The notes under the pieces were generated by a model. That model was not told the DNA's origin. It ran no database searches and worked only from the letters and a program-made list of their open reading frames with translations. Shown piece after piece: positions 1-11,475 of a stretch of DNA of 64,000 nt (the stretch's first letter is position 1; each line of letters starts with the position of its first letter). The position numbers and the translations under genes were made by a program. This DNA comes from the human T2T-CHM13v2.0 reference genome, Homo sapiens, in assembly GCF_009914755.1 (NCBI RefSeq), contig NC_060926.1; one strand, 5' to 3'.

Positions 1-348
1 CCTATCAAAGTGCAACTAGAGCAAGTTAAAATCAAGGCCCTTAGTGAACTGATCAGGTTAGGCCTCTATAGGGGCAACGGAAGGTGAGCTGAGCCCTTCA
101 AGGTTATCCACAGGCCAGTGAATTCAGAAGAGAAGATGTCAACGATGAAACACTCTCAAATTAACTGCTTTGCACAGCACCTTGGATAGAAGGCCATAAA
201 ACCATAAAATTATGTCTGTGAACCTTATAAATTATAATTATTTTTTGACGATGCTGGTTTTAATATTATATAAACAGGAACTGTGCCAATGATGAAATTA
301 CTGCTCTGAGAACAACACTGGCAGTGAGTTATTAGAAATGACAGTTGA

Positions 349-618
349 GGGCTGGGCGTGGTGGCTCACACCTGTAATCCTATTGCTTTGGGAGGCAGAG
401 GCAGGTGGATCACGAGGTCAGGGGTTTGAGACCAGCCTGGCCAATATGGTGAAACCCCGTCTCTACTAAAAATACAAAAATTAGCTGGGCATGGTGGGCC
501 ACTCCTGTAGTCCCAGCAGCTTGGGAGGTGGAAGTTGCAGTGACCCAGGATCATGCCACTGCACTCCAGCCTGGGCAACAGAACGAGACTCTGTCTCAAA
601 AAAAAAAAATAGAAAGAA
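349..618 (+). mobile_element. Alu (AluSg-like) with about 32-bp internal deletion in the right arm
   Basis: GGCTGGGCGTGGTGGCTCAC start, A-tail, 15-bp TSD AGAAATGACAGTTGA at 334-348 and 619-633. Confidence 0.95.
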
Positions 619-769
619 AGAAATGACAGTTGATGATCTGATTATCTCAGGGACAAAATAGAAAGTTATTGTGTTTAAGGCACTGCAGAGAATACAAAGA
701 AATACAAGGAGACAAGAGGGCTTCTCCCCTGTGTAATGTACATTACCTTATTTAATGCTTGATAACAAC

Positions 770-900
770 ACTCAAAATGGGTGCTATTTGCCCTTATATT
801 ACAGATGGGCAGATGAGGCTCAGACAGGTTAATTACCTTGTTTGAAGTAACATAAATAGCAAGAAAATGAACTAACAAGCCAGATGCACATTCTTTATTA
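770..900 (-). mobile_element. MIR fragment
   Basis: TTACAGATGGGCAGATGAGGCTCAGACAGGTTAATTACCTTG resembles the reverse complement of the MIR core; boundaries approximate. Confidence 0.65.
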
Positions 901-1279
901 TTCTACTCTGAAAACCCACACTAAGCACCAATACCCTTGTAGATATCTGAGTACAGAGAAAATCCAAGGACTGTGCCATGTATTAGCAGCATCTAGGCAC
1001 ATAATAGGCTTACCTAAGAAGTTAGTGAATGAGGATGAGAAGCACATTTTACAAATTGGTTTTTGAAATACTTTTCACCGGTTTGTGTTACTGAGTTAGT
1101 ACTATCAGAATACTCCTCCTCCAGTTTTGCCTAAATTAGCTGAATGGTTACTTTCATCTCTAGTTTCATATCACCTGAAACGATTTGGTTCATTATTTTG
1201 TCATTATGGAATCTGCATACTTTAGCTACCAAGGAATGAACTGTTTAAGGTCAAATTTAAAAATTATCTTCTTATGCTC

Positions 1280-1643
1280 TGATATGGTTTGCTATGTTCC
1301 CACCGAAATCTCATCTTGAATTATAGCTTCCATAATTCCCACCTGTTGTGGGAGAGACCCAGTGGGAGGTAATTGAATCATGGGGGCGGGTCTTTCCCAT
1401 GCTGTTCTCGTGATAGAGAACAAGTCTCACAAGATCTGATGGTTTTATAAAGGGGAGTTCCCCTGCACAAACTCTCTTGCCTGCTGCCATGTAAGATAGG
1501 ACTTTGCTTCTCATTCGCCTTCTGCCATGATTGTGAGGCCTCCCCAGACATGTGGAACTGTGAGTCAATTAAACCTCCTTTCCTTTATAAATTACCCAGT
1601 CTCGAGTATGTTTTTCCTAGCAGCCTGATAGCAGACTAACACA
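1280..1643 (+). mobile_element. THE1B-like solo LTR (MaLR)
   Basis: TGATATGGTTTG...GACTAACACA, 364 bp, TG..CA ends, 5-bp TSD TGCTC at 1275-1279 and 1644-1648, TATA-like TTTTATAAA at 1443-1451. Confidence 0.95.
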
Positions 1644-1994
1644 TGCTCTATCCTTTAAACAATTTTGGGTTTGAATTTGCAGACACAGAAACCAAGTTTT
1701 GTTATTTCCAAAGTTACACAAGAGCATGAAATGCAGTCTTTGAAAGACAAAACTAAAAAGAAAATGCATTCTCACTCTCAGAACATTCTCAAGTTTATTA
1801 ATACTTCCCATAGCAAGCTGAAACTATGATTTCAAATGCCCTTGAGGAAGTTTGTTTAAAAAGCAGGAAAGGGGGTGTGGACTTTGGGCTATTTTTATGC
1901 CTCCCTAGAAATTCTCTATGGTTTTCTCACAAAGTGCTGATAACGATGGCACTACTAATTTCTTTCTAGTTTATGAATTTATTCGTCTCTGCAG

Positions 1995-2113
1995 GATGCT
2001 ATATTGAATTTTTGGAGAGAAAGTGAAACATGTCTGGGTCTAAGCAAGAAGTGAATATCTGCTTGGAGATTCTGTACAAGATGGTGGGGCTAGAGAAGCA
2101 ACCTAGAAAGCAG
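1995..2113 (+). other. Candidate exon (119 nt), probably non-coding
   Basis: Acceptor TTCGTCTCTGCAG|G, branch-like TACTAAT at 1953-1959, donor CAG|GTGGGT; motif evidence only. Confidence 0.25.
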
Positions 2114-2349
2114 GTGGGTTGACTTGTTACCTGAAGTACTTCATGATTCCTAGCGAGGGGAGGGCATTAACGAATGATACCTGGGAAGTTTGCTACTGAA
2201 AATATTTGAGTTTATAAAGAGAGAAAAAGAGTACACTAAGAATTTACCTTCCAACTCAGCATGCTGAATCACCTTTTTAAAAATGCAGCTATCGATAAAG
2301 AGTTACATGCTTTGTGCATAGGTAGGAGGAAATTCAGAGCACACACTGA

Positions 2350-2540
2350 AGGTGAAAATCCCATTCTAACTCTTACTAACTGGACCACCTTGAGAAGTTA
2401 CTTAGTCTCTTCAGGCCTCAGTGTTTTCCTCTGTAAAATGGAGATCGTAATAATACCTACTGCATAAAATTATTTTGAAGGTTAAATTAGATAAATCATG
2501 TTTACTAATAACAAAGTCTGGAATATGAGTGCCCAAAAAT
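2350..2540 (+). mobile_element. MIR
   Basis: CCTTGAGAAGTTACTTAGTCTCTTCAGGCCTCAGTGTTTTCCTCTGTAAAATGGAGATCGTAATAATACCTAC matches the MIR core. Confidence 0.8.
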
Positions 2541-2793
2541 GATGACGATTATTACATTCTTGTAGAACTCAAATTGTTTATAATTATACCTATGATCTTA
2601 TTTTTCCTCAAATTGGTACAAAATAAATAGTAACTTCACTTTCTGATATGGTTGCGGAATAAGATTTCATGAAACCAAGAAGGAAGTACTATATTATTTT
2701 TTCAAAAACTGTAAAATTAGAACAGAGCAAATAAGGCTTTCTTGCATTGGTGCATTTAAGGTTGTGTTGTTCTACCCTTAAAAGCTAGAGGAA

Positions 2794-3026
2794 GGCCATG
2801 TGCAGTGGCTCACACCTGTAATCTCAACACTTTGGGAGGCTGAGGCTGGTGGATCACTTGAGCCCAGGAGATTGAGACCTGCCTGGGCAACACTGCGAAA
2901 CTCCATCTCTACAAAAAATACAAAAGTTAGCCAGGGGTGGTGGCATGTGCCTGTAGTCCCAGCTACTCAGGAGGCTGAGGTGGGAGGATCGCTTGAGCCC
3001 AGGAAATAGATGCTACAGTGAGCCGA
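2794..3026 (+). mobile_element. AluJ, 3'-truncated, no A-tail
   Basis: J-type GGATCACTTGAGCCCAGGAG and GGAGGATCGCTTGAGCCC; stops at GTGAGCCGA. Confidence 0.9.
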
Positions 3027-6000
3027 AAACTTTTTTTCAAGATAAATCACAATACTAGAGGGGAAAATAAAACTTCCTATTAACCCTAAAATGGGAAACA
3101 GCAGGGAACTTGGCCCTGATTTTTATTTATATCACTATCACCTGGACGGCTAGTGAAACCTTGTCAAAAAAACAAACAAACAAAAAACAATGGAAGAAGG
3201 ACTAAATAACCCCCTCTTGTTATATTTGATAGTAATGTTTAGTAAACTGTGAATAAGTGACTTCTCAGGGTCACAGAAACTTAATAACAGGTGAAGACAA
3301 AAGCCTCATGTATGTTAAATCCCCAAGGTCAAGTCTGTATTTTTATTTTTACGTTGCTCTTTCTACTTCTTGACAGTTGGCTTTTTAAATACACTAATGA
3401 AATTTTGAGGCTAAGAATACTTCAGATTGTACTATATACTTATTGGGAATTATCTGTCACTACACGTAATGGCAACACAGATGATAAATAATAGGGCTCG
3501 CGATCTTTGGGGCGCTGCAGGTGTATGAGCCAGACTAGTGCTGTATGCATTGAGTATCAGGCTGAGACTCTAAACCCAACAGACTTCACAACAGGGGGAA
3601 AACGTGCATTTAATATAAAAGATAGGACTGTAAGCAAAATTTGTAAGATTGCGTCTGCCACTTTAAAAACATTTTACTTCTCCCTATCCTTGTGATTATG
3701 GCCTTGCACCTTTTATGTGATTGTAAAGATCAAACTGGCTGAAAGCTGAGCTGCCTCTCTTGCCATGGATTTTTATTTTCAAATTACAGAGGTTATAATG
3801 TGTTATTTAGTCATCTTGGCTTGAGTTAATGTTGAATTAATCTTACCTGGTTAACTCACTTAACGTTTCAGACTTCTCTCTTCCTGTCACCTCTTAGGGA
3901 TTTCGTGCTTGGTCCCCAGTCAAGGTCGGGTATCTTGCTCTAAGTGCCCCTCTCCATCAGTGAACAAACTCGGATCCTTTTCTTTCAGGGAACTTTTCTT
4001 CACTAGTAATTCACATTTGTTACTGTGGTTACTTCATTAATGTTCAACTACCCATTAAACTATAATTTCTGTCAGAGCATTAACTGTGTTCCTTGGCTCA
4101 CAAATATTTCCCCAGTGCATTATAGTGCTGGGCACCAAGTAGACACCCAGCAAGTATTTGATGAATGAACACTTGCTTTGGATTTGATGGAGACATAACT
4201 CCTGGGTTCATCATAAATAATTTACCCATGTTCATTTTGAGAGAAAAGTTTATATGGAAATAGTATTGGTTCTATGTTTTAGTCTTCAGGAAACTTCTCA
4301 TCAATGAAATGTCTCACCCCTTTCATCTAAAAATAGATCTTTTATTTTGGGTACAGGATGTCACTGAGTTTGTGTTTATAGTGGTACTCAACAAATGGAT
4401 AAACCAATAAATTGAAGTGACAGACTGGTGATTAGCCACCAGTCGTTTGGTCACGGTTAAAAACTTATGCGATACTAGAAGTTGCCTCATGAGTTTTGTG
4501 TGTAAGTGCAGTCCTATTACAGCCTAATGTACTCTGCCCACAGTTCCATGGAGAACATCTTGATGACTCAACCAGACATAGATATCTGAGAAATAGTAGT
4601 GCTAGCAGAAAATCAATGATCTATGCACTGCCTATGAAATGTGAGCTCTTAAATATCTTTGTTTTTACTGGTTTATTTTGGTAATTTAATTACTCTTTTA
4701 TCCCAGAAATCTGCTGACTTGACAGCCCCTCAGAAGTTCCAGGGCACAACTAGGAACTCCCCAGTTGTTTCTAGGCCATTACCAAAGTGATACCTCTTGT
4801 GTACCTTCAGCTATTTATGTTGGCTTCTGTACCACTGTAGCTTCTTCCCATTCTGCTCTGACTCCCTGTTGGATTATTTTTCCTGTTGGAGAAATTTCAC
4901 TATTGTGGTGACCTAAATGAGAATGGCACTACCATGCCAAGGGCTGCCCTCCTCACCTTGCCTTCCCCGCCCACCTTCCCCCACTCTCTCTGCACCAGTA
5001 GTCAAAACGCTGGAACAGTGTTGATTTCCATGCAGGACTAGGTAGATGTTTGCTCCAACTTCTTGACATACCTTCCTATCTGGGACATGAACTTCCACAG
5101 TCTCCAGGGAATCATTCCTTCAGATTTGGCCTATATTCCTACCTATAGACACCCAATTCTATTGAACACATAAGCCAGACATACTGTCCTACACTGACTA
5201 AAAAAGGGAGGCTTATGCATGCTAGTATCTTGTCAGTTGTTTTCCTTTACCCCTCCTCCTTTCTGCTACAAAGAAAGAGTGAATGGGATGTAAATACAGA
5301 AAATTGGCGCTCAAACAATTGAGTTCTTTAAAATTAATTTTACTGTCTTACCTTAGACAACAGTGCCTGTAGCAAGAATTTTCAGGGGTACCCTAAAAAT
5401 AGACTAATTTTACCTGTCACTCCCTTTTCTCCTGCTGTTATTTCTCTTCCTTGTTAAAATTGGGACTATCTTAGTGCTCAGTGTTTAACATTGTTCCATG
5501 AATCTTTCTGGCTGTCCATGTAGCTGCATATTATTTTTTAGCCTTTAGAAGTGAAACATTCTCTTTCTTCAGTCCTTAGCAAGCTAGGTGTGAATCTGAT
5601 GTTAATAATTCACAGTAAGCAATAAAGAAGGGTAGATAGTGTCAGGAGACATTTCCATTTGAAACATTTGCTAGCGCAAGTATATTTCAGATAGAAGAAT
5701 AAGTGAAAATGGTGTTATTGAGAAAAGTCATTTGCTCATTTCTTCTAGGAAGTGACACAGAATCAAAACTTGAATCACACAATCTCCTTGCAAACTAGGA
5801 TCTCATCATTTCACCTGATTGTGCAACACTGAGGTCATTCAGTAAAGGGAATAAGATGGGTGTTAGTTATGAGGGGTGGGATCCAGTAAAATGTTGTATT
5901 TTGAAACCTAGCATCATATTTTTTTTAATATAAAAGCACCAGTGTGAGCAAAGGAAAGTAAATTTGAGCAAAATTTAAAGAAACAAACATCTGGTTATCT

Positions 6001-6164
6001 TTATCAATTCTTAATTACTAATAACTTTTTATTTTAAGCCTAATTTTCTTTTTTGGGGGGTTTAGTGTTTTTCATACACAGTAAAAAAATGTATATTGTT
6101 AAATATTAAATTGCCTTTATACCATCTCTTAAGATTTTCTGTCAATGGAATTGTTTTTACTCAG

Positions 6165-6302
6165 ATTCCCCTGAGGAGTACATCATTTTTATCCTCTAAT
6201 TGCCGGAGATCCATGATGGAGACCTCGATTTCCATCAGACGGCAAACCTCCTCTCTCATTTTTAGGCTTGGCCATGAAAAAGATGGTTTGGACAGGACCG
6301 TG
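6165..6302 (+). other. Candidate exon (138 nt, 46 codons, open in phase 0)
   Basis: Acceptor TTGTTTTTACTCAG|A, consensus donor GTG|GTAAGT, unique sequence with 4 CpGs in a CpG-poor window. Confidence 0.35.
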
Positions 6303-6744
6303 GTAAGTCCATCACTACATTCATACCCCTGTTTTTTTTTTTTTTTTTTTTTAAATCAGCCAGGAAAGCTTTTCTATGGCAACTGAATTTATCCAGTCCT
6401 TATATGCATCTATCACAGGTTATAACATGTCCAAATTTGGAGTCAAGAATTATAGCAAAGAGACAGGTAAGAAGAAAAAATCCCCAGGGAGGCTTTCTTT
6501 TGTGGGAGGCAGGCCGCCACAGTGCTGAGTATTAGAAACCTTTCAGCCAAGCAGGTGAACTAGAATTGGCAGAGTCCAGCAATAGCTCTTAGTCTAATTA
6601 AGAGATTTCTTCAGTGACATTTAAAAAGTGTAAATTCAGTTAATAGGTAATAGGCAACAAACAGTAATAAGAACATTCAGGAATTCAGTCAGGCGGTTAG
6701 TTTAAAGAAGAGAAGTGAATAAGCCATAGGAGCTAAGATATTTA

Positions 6745-7720
6745 TTATTTTATTTCATGATTGACAAAATTGTGTATATCATGTACATGTTTTTATTTGA
6801 AACATGCATATATTTTGACATGGCTAAATAGAGCTCATTTACATATACATTATCTCACACACTTAACATTTTCTGTGGTGAGAACACTTAAAATTGACTC
6901 TCCCCAATTTCCATGAATATATTGTTGTTAACTCTAGTCACAATGTCGCATGATAGACTCCTTGAACTTATTTCTTCAATCTAACTGAAATCTTGTATCC
7001 TTTGATCAACATTTCCCTTTCACCACCCCTAGCCTCTTTTACCATTATTCTACTCTCTACTTCAAGTTCAACATTTTTAGATTCCTCATGTGAGATCATG
7101 CAACATTTGTCTTTTTGTGCCCGTCTTATTTCTCTCAACATAATGTCCTCCAGGTTCATCTATGTTGTCAAAAATGACAGGATTTTCTTCTTTTTAAAGG
7201 CTGAATAGTATTCCATTGTGTATAGATCACATTTTCTTTATCTACTCATCCAGCAACTGACACTTATGTTGTTTCCATATCTTGGCTCTTATGAAGCAAT
7301 GAGCACAGGAGTGCAAATATCTCTTTAACATAATAAATTCTTTCTTTCTTTCTTTCTTTGGGGTATATACCCAATAGTGGAATTGCTGTATCATGTGGTT
7401 GTCCTATTTTTAATATTTTGAGGCGTTTCCATACTGTTATCCATAATGGTTGTTCTAATTTACATTCCCACCAGCAGTGCACAAGGGTTTTCTTTTCTCT
7501 ATCTATTCTCCAACACTTGTTATTTTTTGTCTTTTTGATGACAGCCATTCTAAGAAGTTTGAAGTGATATGTCATAGTGGCTTTAATTTCCATTTATCTG
7601 ATGATTAGTTGATGAACATTTCATATACCTGTTGGCCATTTGTGTGTCTTTTCTTGAGTAACATCTATGTGGATTCTTTGCCCATTTGTAAATTGAGTTT
7701 TTTGTTTTCTTACTACTGAG
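6745..7720 (-). mobile_element. L1MA-type LINE 3' fragment (end of ORF2 plus 3'UTR)
   Basis: ORF 7264..7593(-) gives the L1 ORF2 C-terminal motif HCWWECKL; L1MA8/9-like 3'UTR. Confidence 0.85.
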
Positions 7721-8178
7721 TTCAATGAAAGAACTCAGATAGATATACTTTAAAATTTTAATGAAAATTGAACATATAAAAGTATATTTATATACTTTTA
7801 TATTTTATATTATACACTACATATCCTAAAATATGTCACATGGTCACATAGAAAATATACTGAACTTAGATTTAAATGAGGGGAATTTTATCTTGTTTCC
7901 TCCAATTACCATCTACCTGGATAATGGAAAGCATTTCTTTTTCCAGTGTACTTATCTATGAAAGGGGTTTATGTGGCCTGTCTTCCTCATAGGGTTAGTA
8001 TGAAGCTCAAATGAGAGGATGCAAAAAACATGCATTTAAAATTAAGTACTAAGAAGAGGAGTAAATAAAAAAGTCCAGAACCAGTAATAAGGTGGGTGGC
8101 AGGTGTAGTGGAGTAGAGGAAGAAGTCCACAGAAGAAATTCAATTCTATATTCAGATGTAGAGAGAGGTAAGTTAGAG

Positions 8179-8511
8179 CAGGGCGTCCCCCCATGGTACC
8201 AGTCTGGACCATGGCCTGTTAGGAGCCAGGCCACACAGCAGGAGGTGAGCAGCAGGTGAGCGAGCATTACTGCCTGAACTCCACCTTCTGTCAGATCAGC
8301 AGTGGCATTAGAATCTCACTGGAGTGCGAATCCTATTGTGAACTGCGAATGTGAGGGATCTAGGTTGTGGCTCCTTATGAGAATCTAACTAATGTCTGAT
8401 GTTCTGAGGTGGAACAGTTTAATCCTGAAACCATCTCCCCCTACCCATGAACGTGGAAAAATTGTCTTCCATGAAACCATTCCTTGGTGCCAAAAAGGTA
8501 GGGGACTGCTG
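8179..8511 (+). mobile_element. MER1B (hAT-Charlie non-autonomous DNA transposon)
   Basis: CAGGGCGTCCCC...GGGGACTGCTG terminal inverted repeats, MER1 body, 8-bp TSD AGTTAGAG/GGTTAGAG (7/8). Confidence 0.9.
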
Positions 8512-8931
8512 GGTTAGAGAGATGTGATGAAAAAGATAAGCCTACAGGAACATTCTTTTGTTGCCTTGGGAGATGAAACCCAGATTATAATCACCTCTTC
8601 TCATTGTCCTGAAAATGTGAACCAATTAATCCTGGATTTCAGTACTTCATCTACTCTGTACTCTTAAAACATAATTAATGTCTCTAGATTAGTTAGAGCA
8701 ATCCACATGAAGTGAAACTATTTTCTGGATGGTTGTATTAACACATAGACCACTGTAACACTGTAGACCTATAATAAATAAAATGAAGTTTCTTGAAGTC
8801 AGGTTGTTTAATCTTTATCTGTGCACATATTTTCCCTCAGAGGATGAAAGAAACAAGCAACTACTGGGTGCCCACCCACCTTAGGTCAGGAAGTGTGCCT
8901 ATCTCAGTGAGTCCTCATGCCCAATTCATAA

Positions 8932-9335
<404 letters not shown>

Positions 9336-9369
9336 AACATTTGGAAATTCTTAATTCTGATTATGTTTT

Positions 9370-9929
9370 AAAAAAATTGCACTAGACAAGATGAGCAAAC
9401 ATTGACTTTATTCCGAAACTATTGCCTGAAATAGGGCAGAGATATAGATCAAGTCTCCATACCCAACTCTGCTGAGGCAAAGGGCAGGAGGGTTTTTAAG
9501 TGCTGAGTGCTGAACTCTGAGCTAGGGAAAAAGTACTGGAGGACCTCAGGGAAGATGTTGATCAATGGGATATATTGAATGCATTGAGTTATAACTGAGT
9601 TTGCAAATGTTTTCTCTGTGATTAGGATCTCTGTGTTTGCTAATTGGTGACTATTCCATGAAGATATGCTGCTACTCTCCCAAAATGACTGAGAAATAGG
9701 GATGCTATCACCTTCTATGTTCAGATTTCAGAGATGGTTCCCAGATTCTTGAGGATGACATTTTCTGAATTATAAAACTAGCAAAATATTTACATACATT
9801 TCAAAGGGACAGAGAAAAATTTACATTTGTTAAGTATTCTAAAGTAAATGTTCTAAGAAAAGAGAGTTTGGCAGCCTATTGTCAGGAAGAAACCTGTGTA
9901 ATGTAGGCAAGCTTAGGCTTTTTGGGTCA
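9370..9929 (-). mobile_element. ERV1-class solo LTR (MER31/MER67-like)
   Basis: TTCTAAAGTAAATGTTCTAAGAAAAGAG...GTCAGGAAGAAACCTGT...GGTCA resembles the recalled MER31 reverse strand; left boundary approximate. Confidence 0.55.
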
Positions 9930-9999
9930 ATTACATTCAAAAATTGCCTAGGAAATGTAAAATGAACAAACCTACCAAAAAACAAAACAAACAAACACA

Positions 10000-10100
10000 T
10001 AAATTCCAGGTCCTACTGTGGACCGATTAAATCTGAAAATTAGAATCTCTAGTGACCTGGGCATCAATATTTTGAAAAGCTACTCAGGTGACTGGAATAT
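10000..10100. mobile_element. MER5A-like fragment
   Basis: AGAATCTCT...GGGCATCAATATTTTGAAAAGCTACTCAGGTGAC. Confidence 0.45.
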
Positions 10101-10246
10101 GGACTGAGCATCATATGTCTATATGCCTGTCCCATAACATTATACTCCAACACCTCTCCCCTAACTGAGCCATAATGGTCTTTAGCCCCATGATCGGCTT
10201 ATTGGCTAGGATTATTTTAGATGTATTTTTAGATGTAGTGACGGTT

Positions 10247-10835
10247 TGTAGGGGCAAAGGGGAAGTTTTATCTCTGAAGGCCTCTGAAAATCAACTGACG
10301 AAAGGCAGATTAATACAGATTAATAAGAGAAATGGCATAAAAATTTATTAATGCGCATAGGGAGAAATCACAGAGTGATTGCCCCATCACAAAAAGGGGT
10401 ACAGATGATTAATGCACCTTTCTTCTTAGGCTAAAGGGAGATGGGGAAGTATGGATGATTTTAGGGAAGGTAGTAAGTGATTTTTAGGGGAATCCAATGG
10501 GCTTGAAGAACATTCAATGGTTTATGATGAAGTCTATTGGGCCCACAGAGCAGGCAATGGTTCGTGACAAGCCTGTGTGTTTACAGACTTCAGTCTTTCA
10601 TTCAGGGATATGAGTTCAGTTAATGAAAACTCAGAGAAGGTACCTGGGTTAATTATTTTCTTCTGTGGCAGGCCCAGACTTTAATTACATAAGGGAACTT
10701 CAGAGAACAACTTCATTCTGTGCTTTAGGAGATAAATGAGGGACAGGAGAAGAAACGATCAGACGGACTTTGAGGCTTCTTCAGTTCAGTGAGTCAAAGC
10801 ACCATATTTTGGAGTATTGGTTTCTGAGCTCAACG
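10247..10835 (-). mobile_element. ERV1-class solo LTR (MER39-like)
   Basis: Right end TTGAGGCTTCTTCAGTTCAG...AAAGCACCATATTTTGGAGTATTGGTTTCTGAGCTCAAC is the reverse complement of the recalled MER39/MER34-group 5' end; left end TGTAGGGG. Confidence 0.7.
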
Positions 10836-10909
10836 GTGTAGTCATTTCAGTTTGGGTGATTGCATAATCTAAGTACTTAGTTACATGAATGTGAATGTGT
10901 TCTCACAGA

Positions 10910-11475
10910 CACTGTTGGTTGTCATCTGCCTCCCTTCTATAAACTCCTTTGATTTATAGATTCTCAGTTTTGTTTGAGCAGTAACACTCTCAGGGAAAGC
11001 ATGAACCTCCACAGCTTCAGATAATATATAATGATTGGCCAAAGACAGGTAAAGTGAATGTTTCCCCATTTGCTAAATGCCCATTTATAAGTAAACGTGG
11101 CCCAGTACTGACAAATAAGATGTAAGAGAAGTATTCTGGGGACCTACTGGGCAGAATATTTTCCCCGGATATAAAGAAATAGTGAGAAATCTTGCCTCTT
11201 TCTTCTACTTTGGATGGGTTGTATAGCACGTAATGCTTGAGGCAGGCATCTTGCAACCAAGAGGTAACAAGCTATAATAAATGATTAAAAGTCAAGTTCT
11301 CCAATAGAGTGGAGAGTTAGAGCCTGGATTCTTAATGATATCATGATGTTCTGTACAACAATTAGAACCACTTACTTCCAGATTATATTTTGTGTGTGTG
11401 AGATTTCTTTCTCTCATTTAAGCCAGTGTTAGTTAATTATTATTGTGCTTGCAACTGAAAGCATTCTACTTGATA
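10910..11475 (+). mobile_element. Old MaLR LTR (MLT1J/K/L-like)
   Basis: GGCATCTTGCAACCAAGAGG and 3' end TTTAAGCCAGTG...CTTGCAACTGAAAGCATTCTACTTGATA. Confidence 0.6.

Noticed and set aside
20-38. AGCAAGTTAAAATCAAGGC resembles the SpCas9 sgRNA scaffold (AGCAAGTTAAAATAAGGC)
   Set aside because: Only 13 + 5 nt with an inserted base; no upstream GTTTTAGAGCTAGAAAT or downstream TAGTCCG; coincidence
4561-4590. TGATGA...CTGA box C/D-like pair
   Set aside because: Spacing far too short for a snoRNA and no terminal stem
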